Positions 17,435-29,425 of a stretch of 32,000 nucleotides of DNA are shown one piece after another. The position numbers and the translations under genes are program-made. Source of the stretch: Mycobacterium tuberculosis H37Rv (GTDB lineage Bacteria > Actinomycetota > Actinomycetes > Mycobacteriales > Mycobacteriaceae). Under the pieces are notes generated by a model. That model saw nothing but the letters and a program-made list of their open reading frames with translations. It did not search any database and was not told the origin of the DNA. Numbering within the stretch: the first letter of the stretch is position 1; each line of letters begins with the position of its first letter. The stretch covers positions 1,170,001 to 1,202,000 of the forward strand of contig NC_000962.3 of the NCBI RefSeq assembly GCF_000195955.2, read 5' to 3'.

Positions 17435-18001
17435 GTGGTTATGCCTCTTGTCACGCCAACCACCGCGGTTCCATCACCGGGACCCACACGGCTGCGTGTA
17501 GCCGATCTCCTGCGCGCCACCGACCAAGCCGCAGACGACGTGCTTGGCGGGCGCTGCGACCACCTGCTACCCGACGGTGGTGTCCCGCAGACGCAGCGCT
17601 GGTACACCCGCATCCACGGTGACGAGGAGCTGGATATCTGGCTGATTAGCTGGGTTCCCGGTCAACCGACCGAGCTGCACGACCATGGCGGGTCCCTGGG
17701 AGCGTTGACCGTGCTGAGCGGGTCGCTCAACGAATATCGTTGGGACGGCCGTCGGTTGCGACGGCGCCGCCTCGATGCCGGTGATCAGGCAGGGTTCCCG
17801 TTGGGTTGGGTGCACGACGTGGTGTGGGCGCCCCGGCCGATTGGGGGGCCTGATGCGGCCGGGATGGCTGTGGCGCCAACCCTGAGCGTGCACGCCTACT
17901 CGCCGCCGCTGACGGCGATGTCGTACTACGAGATCACCGAACGCAACACGCTGCGCCGCCAGCGCACCGAATTGACCGACCAGCCCGAAGGGTCGGGATG
18001 A
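17435..18001 (+). CDS. Cysteine dioxygenase-like cupin protein (Rv1065-like)
   Basis: 188 aa; ELHDHGGSLGALTVLSGSLNEYRW and WVHDVV...LSVHAYSPPLTAMSYYE match the cysteine dioxygenase type I cupin pattern. Confidence 0.87.
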   Translation: MVMPLVTPTTAVPSPGPTRLRVADLLRATDQAADDVLGGRCDHLLPDGGVPQTQRWYTRIHGDEELDIWLISWVPGQPTELHDHGGSLGALTVLSGSLNEYRWDGRRLRRRRLDAGDQAGFPLGWVHDVVWAPRPIGGPDAAGMAVAPTLSVHAYSPPLTAMSYYEITERNTLRRQRTELTDQPEGSG

Positions 18002-18393
18002 GCCGAATCGACCGGGTGCTGGAGGCCGCTCGCCGCCGGTATCGGCGCCTTGCGGCCGACCAGGTGCCCGAGGCGGCGCGGCGCGGCGCGGTGCTCGTCG
18101 ACATCCGGCCCCAAGCCCAGCGGGCCCGGGAGGGCGAGGTGCCAGGGGCGCTAGTGATCGAGCGCAACGTCTTGGAATGGCGCTGCGATCCCACCAGCGA
18201 CGCCCGGCTGCCCCAGGCCGTCGACGACGACGTCGAGTGGGTGATCCTGTGCTCGGAGGGCTACACCTCGAGCCTGGCGGCAGCGTCGCTGCTGGACTTG
18301 GGGTTGCACCGGGCCACCGATGTCGTCGGTGGCTATCGTGCGCTGGCGGCCGGCGGCGTGCTGGCCGAGCTTGGTGGTGCCGTGGGCGGGTAG
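17998..18393 (+). CDS. Rhodanese-like domain protein (Rv1066-like)
   Basis: 131 aa; GAVLVDIRPQAQRAREGEVPGALVIERNVLEWR, VILCSEGYTSSLAA; 4-nt overlap with the upstream gene. Confidence 0.9.
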   Translation: MSRIDRVLEAARRRYRRLAADQVPEAARRGAVLVDIRPQAQRAREGEVPGALVIERNVLEWRCDPTSDARLPQAVDDDVEWVILCSEGYTSSLAAASLLDLGLHRATDVVGGYRALAAGGVLAELGGAVGG

Positions 18394-18420
18394 TTTGGCT
18401 CGCCGCTGCTGGCTGGGTCG

Positions 18421-20424
<2,004 letters not shown>

Positions 20425-20756
20425 GGTTTCCTCTCCCTGATTTGCTGATATGTAGTTGCGATGTTAACTAGCGCACACCGCAACTGGGGCGGTTTTCCGC
20501 CATTGTCTGGTCGCACGTATACATTTTTGTGAATTCTTTGAGCGGAATTGCTCGTGCGATCCGGCTACGTTTTCGAGGTGAGATCTGGGTGGGCGGCGAT
20601 GCCCCGTGCTTCGATGATCAATTTGGGGATCTGAAATGTCAAATGTGTTGACATTCATTGGGTGATCTTTCGCGCCACCCGGCGACGTCAAATACTTGGA
20701 CATAAGCCACTCGTCGTTGTGTGATACGTCGTCACACCGGATCTGGCCGTGCGGGT

Positions 20757-22148
20757 TTATTGCCCGGGCGTGCCGGGGTTGCCGGAGATCTGCCCGCGAC
20801 TACCGCCGGCGCCTCCAGTGCCGTTGATTCCGGGCATCAGGCCGGTGCCGCCTTTGCCACCGTTGCCGCCGTTACCGCCGTTACCGATCAACTGGGCGTC
20901 GCCGCCCTTGCCGCCGTCGCCACCGTTGCCGCCGTTGCCTTTGGCGCCGCTGCCGGCGCCCAGACCGCCGTTGCCGCCGTCGCCGCCGGTGCCGCCGCTG
21001 CCTCCGCTGCCGAGCAGGCCGGCGGTGCCGCCGCTACCGCCGGCACCGCCCGCGTGGCCGTTGCCACCGTTGCCGCCGGTGCCGCCGCCGAAGCCGCCGC
21101 CACCGCCGGTGCCGCCGGTGCTGCCCATCCCACCGGCGCCGCCGGCGCCGCCGTCGCCGAACAGCTTGGCGGCCGATCCGCCGTGGCCGCCGTTGCCGGC
21201 GTTGCCGGTGTCTGCGCCCTGGCCGCCGTTACCGGGATCAATACCGCTGTTGCCGTTGCCGCCTTGGCCGCCGGCGCCGGCGGTGCCGCCGCCTCCGCCG
21301 GTGCCGCCGTTGCCCGACAGCCAGCCGGCTGACCCGCCGTTGCCGCCGTTGCCGGCGTTGCCGCCGCCGCCGCCGGTGCCGGCGTCGCCGCCGTTGCCGG
21401 ACAGCCAGCCGGCCGACCCGCCGTCGCCACCGCGGCCGCCGGCGCCGCCCGCTCCGCCGGCACCGCCGGCACCGCCGTTGCCGAACAATCCGGCCGTTCC
21501 CCCGGCCCCGCCGGCACCACCCGCGACGCCCGGCGCGCCGATGGCTCCGGCGGGGCCGGCGCCGCCGGCGCCGCCATTGCCGCCGCTGCCGTAGAGCCAG
21601 CCGCCGTTGCCGCCCGCGCCGCCGTTGGCGCCGGCTCCGCCGGCCCCTCCGTTGCCGCCGTTGCCGATCAACCCGGCCGACCCGCCGGTACCCCCGGTGA
21701 GCCCGGCGGTGGTTTGGGAAAACCCGTTGCCGCCGTTGCCGTACAACAACCCACCGGCGCCACCGTTGGGATTGGCCGCGGTCCCATCGGCGCCGTTGCC
21801 GATCAGCGGACGCCCCAACAGCGCCTGGGTGGGCGCGTTGATCAAACCCAGCACCTGCTGTTCGACGTTGGTCGCCTCGGCGCTGGCATACGCGCCCGCA
21901 CTTGACGTCAGGGCCAGCGTGAACTGGTCATGAAACGCTGCCATCTGCCGGGCGATCGCCTGATAGCCCTCGCCATGTCCGCTAAACAGTGCCGCAATGT
22001 GGGCCGACACTTCGTCGGCGGCGGCCGGCAACAACCTCGTCGTCGCGGCCGCGGCCGCCCTCGTTGAGGCATTGATCGACGATCCGATGCTGGCCAAATC
22101 CCCAGCCGCCGAGCTGAGCATGTCTGGCACCGCAATCATGTAGGACAT
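20757..22148 (-). CDS. PE_PGRS20: PE_PGRS family protein (PE_PGRS20 by gene order)
   Basis: 463 aa from [10 protein letters not shown]; PE domain then GGx repeats; the ORF track extends six residues upstream to 22166. Confidence 0.94.
   Translation of the reverse strand: MSYMIAVPDMLSSAAGDLASIGSSINASTRAAAAATTRLLPAAADEVSAHIAALFSGHGEGYQAIARQMAAFHDQFTLALTSSAGAYASAEATNVEQQVLGLINAPTQALLGRPLIGNGADGTAANPNGGAGGLLYGNGGNGFSQTTAGLTGGTGGSAGLIGNGGNGGAGGAGANGGAGGNGGWLYGSGGNGGAGGAGPAGAIGAPGVAGGAGGAGGTAGLFGNGGAGGAGGAGGAGGRGGDGGSAGWLSGNGGDAGTGGGGGNAGNGGNGGSAGWLSGNGGTGGGGGTAGAGGQGGNGNSGIDPGNGGQGADTGNAGNGGHGGSAAKLFGDGGAGGAGGMGSTGGTGGGGGFGGGTGGNGGNGHAGGAGGSGGTAGLLGSGGSGGTGGDGGNGGLGAGSGAKGNGGNGGDGGKGGDAQLIGNGGNGGNGGKGGTGLMPGINGTGGAGGSRGQISGNPGTPGQ
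21475..21860. repeat. PE_PGRS20 copy of the shared ~386-bp tract
   Basis: Constant-offset alignment to 19751-20136. Confidence 0.85.
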
Positions 22149-22509
22149 TTCGCGCATCTCCCTCATCGCCGGGCGACGGATATCGGGACCGGAGTCAACG
22201 TGATGGCGCGAGTCTAAGCACGCCCGGAACGGAAATGCAGAGTGTTCGACAAATCTTTCCCCAAGACATTTTTATTGGTCGCACGATGGGCGTCGTCGTC
22301 GAGCGGTATGGCAGCACCGATTTGTCTTCCAGGGGAATGTTCGTACCGTTTCATGACGTCGACTGTGTCCAATAGCTTTACATTTCCCGTTTTTATTTGC
22401 TGATGATGTCTAACACCTAGACAAACACCGTCTTGTCGTCCATCGATATGGGCTCGGGCTAGCCGCCACGCCGACGGCGCACGCCAAACCGGCCGACCCG
22501 CTGCCCGCC

Positions 22510-24273
22510 CTACGAGCCGAAGGGCTTGGCGTTGGCGTGCAGCAATGGCTGCAGCCGCTCCGTCTTCTGCTGTGTCCAGCCGGGCGGCGAGAGCACCGCG
22601 GCCCAGCCGTCGGCCACGGTGGCGACGTAGCGGTGACCATGCCCGTCCGGCACATGCGTAGCCACCGCCATATCGGCCGAAACCTGGACGAACGTCACCA
22701 CCGGGATCCAGCGTGTCTGGGGAAGGACGTCGTAGCCCCGTTGCTCCCGCAGCCAGTCCGGCTCCCGAAACAGCAGGCGGGGAGTCCACCAGGCGATCGG
22801 ATCAGAGGCATGCTGCAGATACACCACCCGCGGTCTGCCCCACGGCGCATCAGGGCGTTGCAGGTCGCGTGCGCGGGCCACGAAACGCACGTTGCGGCCG
22901 TCGTCGTAGATGGGCAGCCACTGCGGTGATCCGGCATCGCGGTTCGCAGTCAAGGAGTTCCAAACGGTGTTGTTGAACGTCGGTCCGCTGAACAACGCGC
23001 CGTCGGTGCGGGCGAGGATGTTGTTGAGGTTCATGAACGGCGCTTCACCGCCGAACGATCCCAGGCTCTCGCCGAACACGACCAGCTTCGGGCGCTGCGA
23101 CTCGGGCAGTTGACGGATCAGCTTGTCGACCGCCTCGAACAGCGCCTCGCCGGCGTGCCGGGCATTCTCCTTGTCCACCAGGAAAGACAGCCAGCTCGGC
23201 AAGAACGAATACTGCATGCTCACGATCGCGGTATCGCCGTTGTACATGTACTCCAGCGCGGAGGCTTCCGCCTCGTTGATCCAACCGGTTCCGGTGCTCG
23301 TGGCCACTGCCACAACGGCGCGGCGCAAGCCACCGGTGCGCGCTAGCTCGCGCGCCGCCAGCTCCGCGGTGGCCATGATGCCGTCCGCCGAGTTCAACCC
23401 CGCATAGGTTCGGATCGGCTCGACGGCCGGGGTGCCGTTGAACGCGGTGAGGTCGGCGATGGTGGGACCGCTGTGGACGAAAATTCGGCCCTGATGGCCC
23501 AGCGACTCCCACGACACCAGCGATCCCGGGCCACCCGATCGCAGCGGGGTTTTCGGCGGTGCCGAATCCGGATTCATCTCATTGTTGACCGCAGCGAACG
23601 TGCTGTTCATGGAATTCATCGCGAACTTGAGCACCACACCGTTGAGCAGTGTGATGGTCAGCACCACGAGCAGCACCACCACAATGGCCGCCGAAACTCG
23701 GAATGGCGCAATGCGATCGACCTGTCCCACCAGAAAACGGAACAGCCATCGGATGAACTGGCCGATTTCGACCAGCGTGAACAGCACGACCAGCGACAAT
23801 GCGGCGGCCAGCGGGTAGTCGTACCACCGCAGGTGCTCGACACCCATTAGGTCGCGCACATCGTCTTGCCAGACATGAAACTGCACTGCCATACCCACCA
23901 TGCCGACCGCGCCGACTGCGATCAGCGGCGGCCACGCCCAGCGTGGTGGCGGCGGGCTGGAATTGTGCGAGCGCATGTAGCGGACCAGCCAGACGGCGAA
24001 GACTCCCAAGCCGTATCCGAAGGCGCCGCAGATTCCGCTGACCAGTCCCTGAAACAGCGGACCACGCGGCAGCAGCGACGGCGTCATCGAGAACCACACG
24101 AAAACGAGGCCCATCGCGGTGCCGGTGAATGTGTAGTGGCGAATCCACCAAGTGCTGCGGATCGGTTGCGGTTCAGGGGTTTGTGGAGTTGCTGCGGTGT
24201 CGACCGCCTGCTCAGCGCCGGTAGCTGGTTCGTCGCTGGCGTTGGTGGTCGTCGCTGCAGCCGGTTCCGTCAT
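22510..24273 (-). CDS. Integral membrane alpha/beta-hydrolase (Rv1069c-like)
   Basis: 587 aa; several N-terminal hydrophobic segments, then a hydrolase domain with the nucleophile elbow GESLGS. Confidence 0.87.
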
Positions 24274-25043
24274 CGGTGGGTGAACTGGGGAGCGCGTTTC
24301 TCGATGAACGCTGCCATACCTTCGGATTGGTCTTCGGTCGCGAAAGCCGAATGGAAAAGCCGGCGTTCGTAGAGCAGCCCCTCGGACAAACTGGATTCGA
24401 AAGCCCGGTTGACGGCCTCCTTGGCCATCCGGGCCGCCGAGGCCGACATCTGCGAAATGGTCGTGGCAGTGGCCCTGGCTTCGGTCAGCAAGTCGTCGGC
24501 CGGCACCACCCGTGAAACCAGACCGCTGCGCTCGGCCTCGGCGGCGTCCATGGTGCGCCCGGTCAGGATGAGGTCCATCGCCTTAGCCTTGCCGATAGCC
24601 CGGGTCAGCCGCTGGGAGCCGCCCATGCCTGGCAGCACGCCCAGCTTTATCTCGGGCTGTCCGAACTTCGCGGTGTCGGCGGCGATCAGCACGTCGCACA
24701 TCATCGCCAGCTCGCAGCCACCGCCGAGCGCGTATCCCGCCACCGCGGCGATCGTCGGGGTGCGCACGGCGGCCAGCTTGCCCCAGGTGGCGAAGAAGTC
24801 GGCGGTGAACGCGTCGGCGAACGTCAGGTCGGCCATTTCTTTGATGTCGGCTCCGGCGGCAAACGCTTTGGCCGAACCGGTGATGATGATCGCCCCAATG
24901 TCCGGGTCATCGTCCAGTTCGGTTGCAGCGCTGGTGACCTCGTTCATCACCTGGCTGTTGAGCGCGTTCAGTGCCTGGGGACGGTTCAGCGTGATAATGC
25001 CAACTCGCTGATCGCGCTCGACCAGGATGGTTTCGTACGTCAT
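24270..25043 (-). CDS. echA8: Enoyl-CoA hydratase EchA8
   Basis: 257 aa crotonase; [27 protein letters not shown]; overlaps the Rv1069c-like start by 4 nt. Confidence 0.95.
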
Positions 25044-25054
25044 GCGCTACCTCT

Positions 25055-26092
25055 CTAGAAACTCAAGTCATCGTCGACCGGTTCGAAATAGGCTTCGATG
25101 TCGGCCGCCGTGATCGCGTCCAGGGTTGCCGGCGACCAGTTCGGGTTGCGATCCTTGTCGATCAACTGCGCGCGGATGCCCTCCACCAGGTCATGCGAGC
25201 GCAGCGACGCCGATGACACCCGATAGTCCTGGATCAACACGTCTTCTAGCGTGTCGAGTTTGGCGGCGCGACGCACTGCCTGCAACGTCACCGACAGCGC
25301 GATGGGGGAGCGGCTGGCAATCAGGTCGGAAGCATTTACGGCTGGTTCGCCGCCCTGTTTCCGCAGCGCCGCAACGATGTCGGCGACGCTGTCGCCGGCA
25401 TAGCATTCGTCGATCCAATCACGTTGGGCGGCAAGCGTGCTCGGTGGAGGTTCGACGGCGTGGGCGGCCAATGCGCTCTCCACGCCGCCGGTGACGATCT
25501 TCTGCGTGAACGCATCGAGGTCGCCGTGTGGCACGAAGTGGTCGGCGAATCCCAGCGCGATGGCGTCGGCGCCGGAAAACGGCGCTCCAGTCAGGGCGGC
25601 GTGCAGACCCAGCGCGCCGGGTGCACGCGACAGCAAATACACCCCGCCGACGTCGGGGATGAACCCGATGCCCACTTCGGGCATCGCGACCTTGGAGGTA
25701 TCGGTAACCACCCGGGTGTTCGCGTGTGCGCTGACGCCGACGCCGCCGCCCATTACGATGCCGTCCATCAACGCCACGTAGGGCTTGGCGAACCGGCCGA
25801 TCAGGGCGTTGAGCAGATACTCGTGGCGCCAGAACCGCCGCGCCTCGACCCCGTCCTTGCGGGCACTGTGGTAGACGGCCACCACGTCCCCGCCGGCGCA
25901 AAGTCCGCGTTCGCCGGCTCCGGAGAGCACCACCGCGTGCACCGCGTCCTCATGCTCCCAGCTCATGAGCACTGTGGCCAGCAGGTCGACCATGGTTTGG
26001 TTCAGTGAGTTGATCGCCTTGGGGCGGTTGAGCGTCACGAATCCGACACCGCCCTCGACGTTTGTCAGGACCTCATGCGATTCGCCGGTCAC
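25055..26092 (-). CDS. echA9: Enoyl-CoA hydratase/3-hydroxyisobutyryl-CoA hydrolase-like EchA9
   Basis: 345 aa from the GTG at 26092; GAGERGLCAGGDV, DGIVMGGGVGVSAHA, RPKAINSLNQ. Confidence 0.93.
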   Translation of the reverse strand: MTGESHEVLTNVEGGVGFVTLNRPKAINSLNQTMVDLLATVLMSWEHEDAVHAVVLSGAGERGLCAGGDVVAVYHSARKDGVEARRFWRHEYLLNALIGRFAKPYVALMDGIVMGGGVGVSAHANTRVVTDTSKVAMPEVGIGFIPDVGGVYLLSRAPGALGLHAALTGAPFSGADAIALGFADHFVPHGDLDAFTQKIVTGGVESALAAHAVEPPPSTLAAQRDWIDECYAGDSVADIVAALRKQGGEPAVNASDLIASRSPIALSVTLQAVRRAAKLDTLEDVLIQDYRVSSASLRSHDLVEGIRAQLIDKDRNPNWSPATLDAITAADIEAYFEPVDDDLSF

Positions 26093-26278
26093 GGGCCTCG
26101 CCTCCCCTGAAGAGTTTGACCAGCAATCTAGATCGTGGCTCGCCCAGCGGTGCCCGCGGGGGCTAAGGTTTATCGTGTACCCGGATGACAACGCTGGCCG
26201 GGAACCCGGGCCTACTACTGATCGTTGAGCGGATGTTCGCACAGCTCGTAGCCATAGCCATCAAGAGAGGATCCGACG

Positions 26279-27115
26279 GTGCGGGAGACAAGCAACCCGG
26301 TATTTCGTTCGTTGCCTAAGCAGCGGGGCGGATACGCGCAATTCGGAACTGGCACCGCCCAGCAGGGATTCCCAGCCGATCCCTACCTGGCGCCCTATCG
26401 GGAAGCAAAGGCCACCCGCCCGCTGACCATCGACGATGTCGTGACCAAGACGGGCCTGACGCTGGCTATGTTGGCGGGCACCGCCGTCGTCTCCTACTTC
26501 CTGGTTGCGTCGAACGTCGCACTGGCCATGCCGCTGACCTTGGTGGGGGCTTTGGGTGGTTTGGCGCTGGTGCTGGTGGCCACCTTCGGCCGCAAGCAGG
26601 ACAACCCGGCGATCGTGCTCAGCTACGCGGCGCTCGAGGGCCTGTTCCTGGGTGCCATCTCGTTCGTCTTGGCTAACTTCACGGTGGCGTCCGCGAATGC
26701 TGGGGTGCTGATCGGGGAGGCCATCTTAGGGACGATGGGTGTGTTCTTCGGCATGCTCGTCGTCTACAAGACAGGGGCCATCCGGGTCACCCCCAAGTTC
26801 ACCCGAATGGTGGTCGCTGCGCTGTTCGGCGTGCTGGTCTTGATGCTCGGCAACCTCGTGCTGGCGATGTTCAATGTCGGCGGCGGTGAAGGCTTGGGCT
26901 TACGCAGCCCCGGACCGCTGGGGATCATCTTCTCGCTGGTGTGCATCGGCATCGCGGCGTTCAGCTTCCTGATCGACTTCGATGCGGCTGATCAGATGAT
27001 TCGCGCGGGAGCACCGGAGAAGGCGGCATGGGGCGTCGCGTTAGGCCTGACCGTAACGCTGGTCTGGTTGTACATCGAGATCCTGCGCCTGCTCAGTTAT
27101 CTACAGAATGAGTAG
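26279..27115 (+). CDS. YccA/Bax inhibitor-1-like membrane protein (Rv1072-like)
   Basis: 278 aa, about seven hydrophobic segments, GTG start; 'NPAIVLSYAALEGLFLGAISFV' and 'CIGIAAFSFLIDFDAADQMI'. Confidence 0.85.
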   Translation: MRETSNPVFRSLPKQRGGYAQFGTGTAQQGFPADPYLAPYREAKATRPLTIDDVVTKTGLTLAMLAGTAVVSYFLVASNVALAMPLTLVGALGGLALVLVATFGRKQDNPAIVLSYAALEGLFLGAISFVLANFTVASANAGVLIGEAILGTMGVFFGMLVVYKTGAIRVTPKFTRMVVAALFGVLVLMLGNLVLAMFNVGGGEGLGLRSPGPLGIIFSLVCIGIAAFSFLIDFDAADQMIRAGAPEKAAWGVALGLTVTLVWLYIEILRLLSYLQNE

Positions 27116-27124
27116 CGCTCGTTG

Positions 27125-27191
27125 GCCGTTGATTCTGCGTCCACCAGGCTGACCACTCGCACTTTTGCGTGGTAGACGCAGGATCAACGGC
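27125..27191. repeat. Palindromic repeat copy A upstream of the Rv1073-like gene
   Basis: GCCGTTGATTCTGCGTCCACCA...TGGTAGACGCAGGATCAACGGC; near-perfect hairpin sharing core GTTGAnTCTGCGnCCACCA...ACTCGCACTTTTGCGTGGTnGACGCAG..TCAAC with 28078-28138. Confidence 0.9.
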
Positions 27192-27221
27192 TGTGTCGGT
27201 GGGTGCTGACACCATGCCCGC

Positions 27222-28082
27222 ATGCGGGAGATGGGGGCGCAGCCGTTCATCGGCAGCGAGGCGTTGGCGGCGGGACTCATCAGCTGGCATGAGCTGGGCA
27301 AGTACTACACCGCGATCATGCCCAACGTCTATCTGGACAAGCGGCTGAAGCCCTCCCTGCGGCAACGCGTTATCGCGGCCTGGCTGTGGTCGGGCCGCAA
27401 AGGGGTGATCGCCGGCGCTTCGGCATCAGCGCTGCACGGCGCGAAATGGGTCGATGACCACGCATTGGTGGAGTTGATCTGGCGCAACGCCAGGGCGCCG
27501 AACGGGGTGCGGACTAAGGATGAGCTACTGCTCGACGGCGAAGTCCAGCGCTTGTGCGGGCTTACTGTGACTACCGTTGAACGTACGGCCTTCGACTTGG
27601 GCAGGCGTCCACCCTTAGGTCAGGCGATAACCAGACTGGATGCGCTTGCCAATGCCACCGATTTCAAGATCAACGATGTTAGGGAGCTCGCGAGGAAGCA
27701 CCCCCATACTCGCGGGCTGCGTCAACTAGACAAGGCGCTGGATCTCGTCGACCCAGGTGCGCAGTCGCCGAAGGAGACGTGGCTGCGGCTCTTGCTGATA
27801 AACGCCGGCTTTCCACGGCCGTCCACTCAGATCCCCTTGCTCGGCGTCTACGGGCATCCAAAGTATTTCCTCGACATGGGATGGGAGGACATCATGCTCG
27901 CGGTCGAGTACGACGGCGAGCAACACCGTCTCAGCCGAGACCAGTTCGTCAAAGACGTCGAACGCCTGGAATACATCCGGCGCGCCGGCTGGACTCACAT
28001 CAGGGTGCTGGCAGACCACAAGGGACCCGACGTCGTCCGCCGGGTTCGGCAGGCTTGGGACACGTTGACATCACGACGTTGA
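27222..28082 (+). CDS. DUF559/Vsr-like endonuclease-fold protein with AbiEi-like N-terminal region (Rv1073-like)
   Basis: 286 aa (or from an internal ATG at 27231); 'GVIAGASASALHGAKWVDD..VELI', 'VTTVERTAFDLGRR', then 'YFLDMGWEDIMLAVEYDGEQHRLSRDQFVKDVERLEYIRRAGWTHIRV'. Confidence 0.85.
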   Translation: MREMGAQPFIGSEALAAGLISWHELGKYYTAIMPNVYLDKRLKPSLRQRVIAAWLWSGRKGVIAGASASALHGAKWVDDHALVELIWRNARAPNGVRTKDELLLDGEVQRLCGLTVTTVERTAFDLGRRPPLGQAITRLDALANATDFKINDVRELARKHPHTRGLRQLDKALDLVDPGAQSPKETWLRLLLINAGFPRPSTQIPLLGVYGHPKYFLDMGWEDIMLAVEYDGEQHRLSRDQFVKDVERLEYIRRAGWTHIRVLADHKGPDVVRRVRQAWDTLTSRR

Positions 28083-28138
28083 CTCTGCGCCCACCACGTG
28101 TCCTACTCGCACTTTTGCGTGGTGGACGCAGAGTCAAC
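28078..28138. repeat. Palindromic repeat copy B overlapping the stop of the Rv1073-like gene
   Basis: GTTGACTCTGCGCCCACCACGTGTCCTACTCGCACTTTTGCGTGGTGGACGCAGAGTCAAC; same length, orientation and loop as copy A. Confidence 0.9.
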
Positions 28139-28155
28139 GCACTCGAGCGCCTCGC

Positions 28156-29373
28156 TCACGCGAGGCGCTCGATCACCATCGCCATGCCCTGGCCGCCACC
28201 GACACACATGGTTTCCAGACCGAACGTCTTGTCGTAGGTCTGCAGGTTGTTCAACAGCGTGGTGGTGATGCGCGCGCCCGTCATACCGAACGGGTGACCT
28301 AGGGCGATCGCGCCACCTGAGATGTTGAGCTTGTCCTCGTCGATGCCCAGCTCGCGCGCCGAGCCCAGGACCTGCACCGCGAAGGCCTCGTTGATCTCGA
28401 CCAGGTCGATGTCGGTGATCGCCATCCCGGCTCTTTCCAGCGCCTTCTTGGACGCCTCGATCGGCCCTAAGCCCATGATCTCCGGGGACAGCCCGCTGAC
28501 CCCGGTGGACACAATGCGCGCCAGCGGTGTCAAGCCTAATTCCTTGGCCTTGGTGTCGCTGGTGATCACCACCGCGGCGGCCCCGTCGTTGAGCGGACAG
28601 GCATTCCCCGCGGTCACGGTGCCATTCGGCCGGAAAGCCGGCTTGAGCTCGCTGACCTTTTCGTAGGTGGTACCCGGTCGCGGGCCGTCGTCGGTGCTGA
28701 CCGTGGTGCCGTCCGGAAGGGTGACCGGCGTGATTTCTCGTTCGAAGAACCCGTTCTTGATCGCCTCTTCGGCCCGGTTCTGGCTGCGCACGCCCCAGCG
28801 GTCCTGTTCTTCGCGGCTGATGCCGGTCATGATGGCGACGTTTTCCGCGGTCTGGCCCATCGCAATATAGATGTCCGGCAGCTTCTGATCGGTGCGGGGA
28901 TCGTGCCATTCGTCGGCGCCGGCGGCTGCCGCGGCCGAACGTTCCTGAGCCCCGTCGAACAGCGGGTTCTTGGTGTCCGGCCAGGAGTCGGAGTTTCCCT
29001 TGGCGAACCGGGAGACGGTTTCCACGCCCGCGGAGATGAACGCGTCGCCCTCACCGGCCTTGATCGCGTGGAAGGCCATCCGGGTGGTCTGCAGCGACGA
29101 CGAACAGTACCGGTTGACCGTGGTGCCCGGCAGGAAGTCATAGCCGAGCGCGACGGCGACGACACGGGCGATGTTGAAACCGGACTCACCGCCTGGCAGG
29201 CCACAGCCCATCATGAGGTCGTCGATCTGATGGGGGTTCAGTGCCGGAACCTTGTCGAGCGCGGCGCGCACCATCTGGACGGCCAGGTCGTCGGGCCGCA
29301 TGCCGACCAGCGATCCTTTCATGGCCCGGCCAATCGGCGAGCGGGCAGTCGAGACGATGACAGCTTCTGGCAT
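28156..29373 (-). CDS. fadA3: Acetyl-CoA acetyltransferase (thiolase) FadA3
   Basis: 405 aa from MPEAVIVSTARSPIGRA; active-site NRYCSSSLQT, GGAIALGHPFGMTGAR, CVGGGQGMAM. ORF track extends to 29394. Confidence 0.95.
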   Translation of the reverse strand: MPEAVIVSTARSPIGRAMKGSLVGMRPDDLAVQMVRAALDKVPALNPHQIDDLMMGCGLPGGESGFNIARVVAVALGYDFLPGTTVNRYCSSSLQTTRMAFHAIKAGEGDAFISAGVETVSRFAKGNSDSWPDTKNPLFDGAQERSAAAAAGADEWHDPRTDQKLPDIYIAMGQTAENVAIMTGISREEQDRWGVRSQNRAEEAIKNGFFEREITPVTLPDGTTVSTDDGPRPGTTYEKVSELKPAFRPNGTVTAGNACPLNDGAAAVVITSDTKAKELGLTPLARIVSTGVSGLSPEIMGLGPIEASKKALERAGMAITDIDLVEINEAFAVQVLGSARELGIDEDKLNISGGAIALGHPFGMTGARITTTLLNNLQTYDKTFGLETMCVGGGQGMAMVIERLA

Positions 29374-29425
29374 GACGGCTCCCGGCATGGACAAGACGTG
29401 GTGAAGTTTAGGTCAAATGTAGTCG

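Noticed and set aside
20749-22135. Plus-strand proline-rich ORFs and other shadow frames across PE_PGRS20
   Set aside because: Same antisense-of-PGRS artefact.
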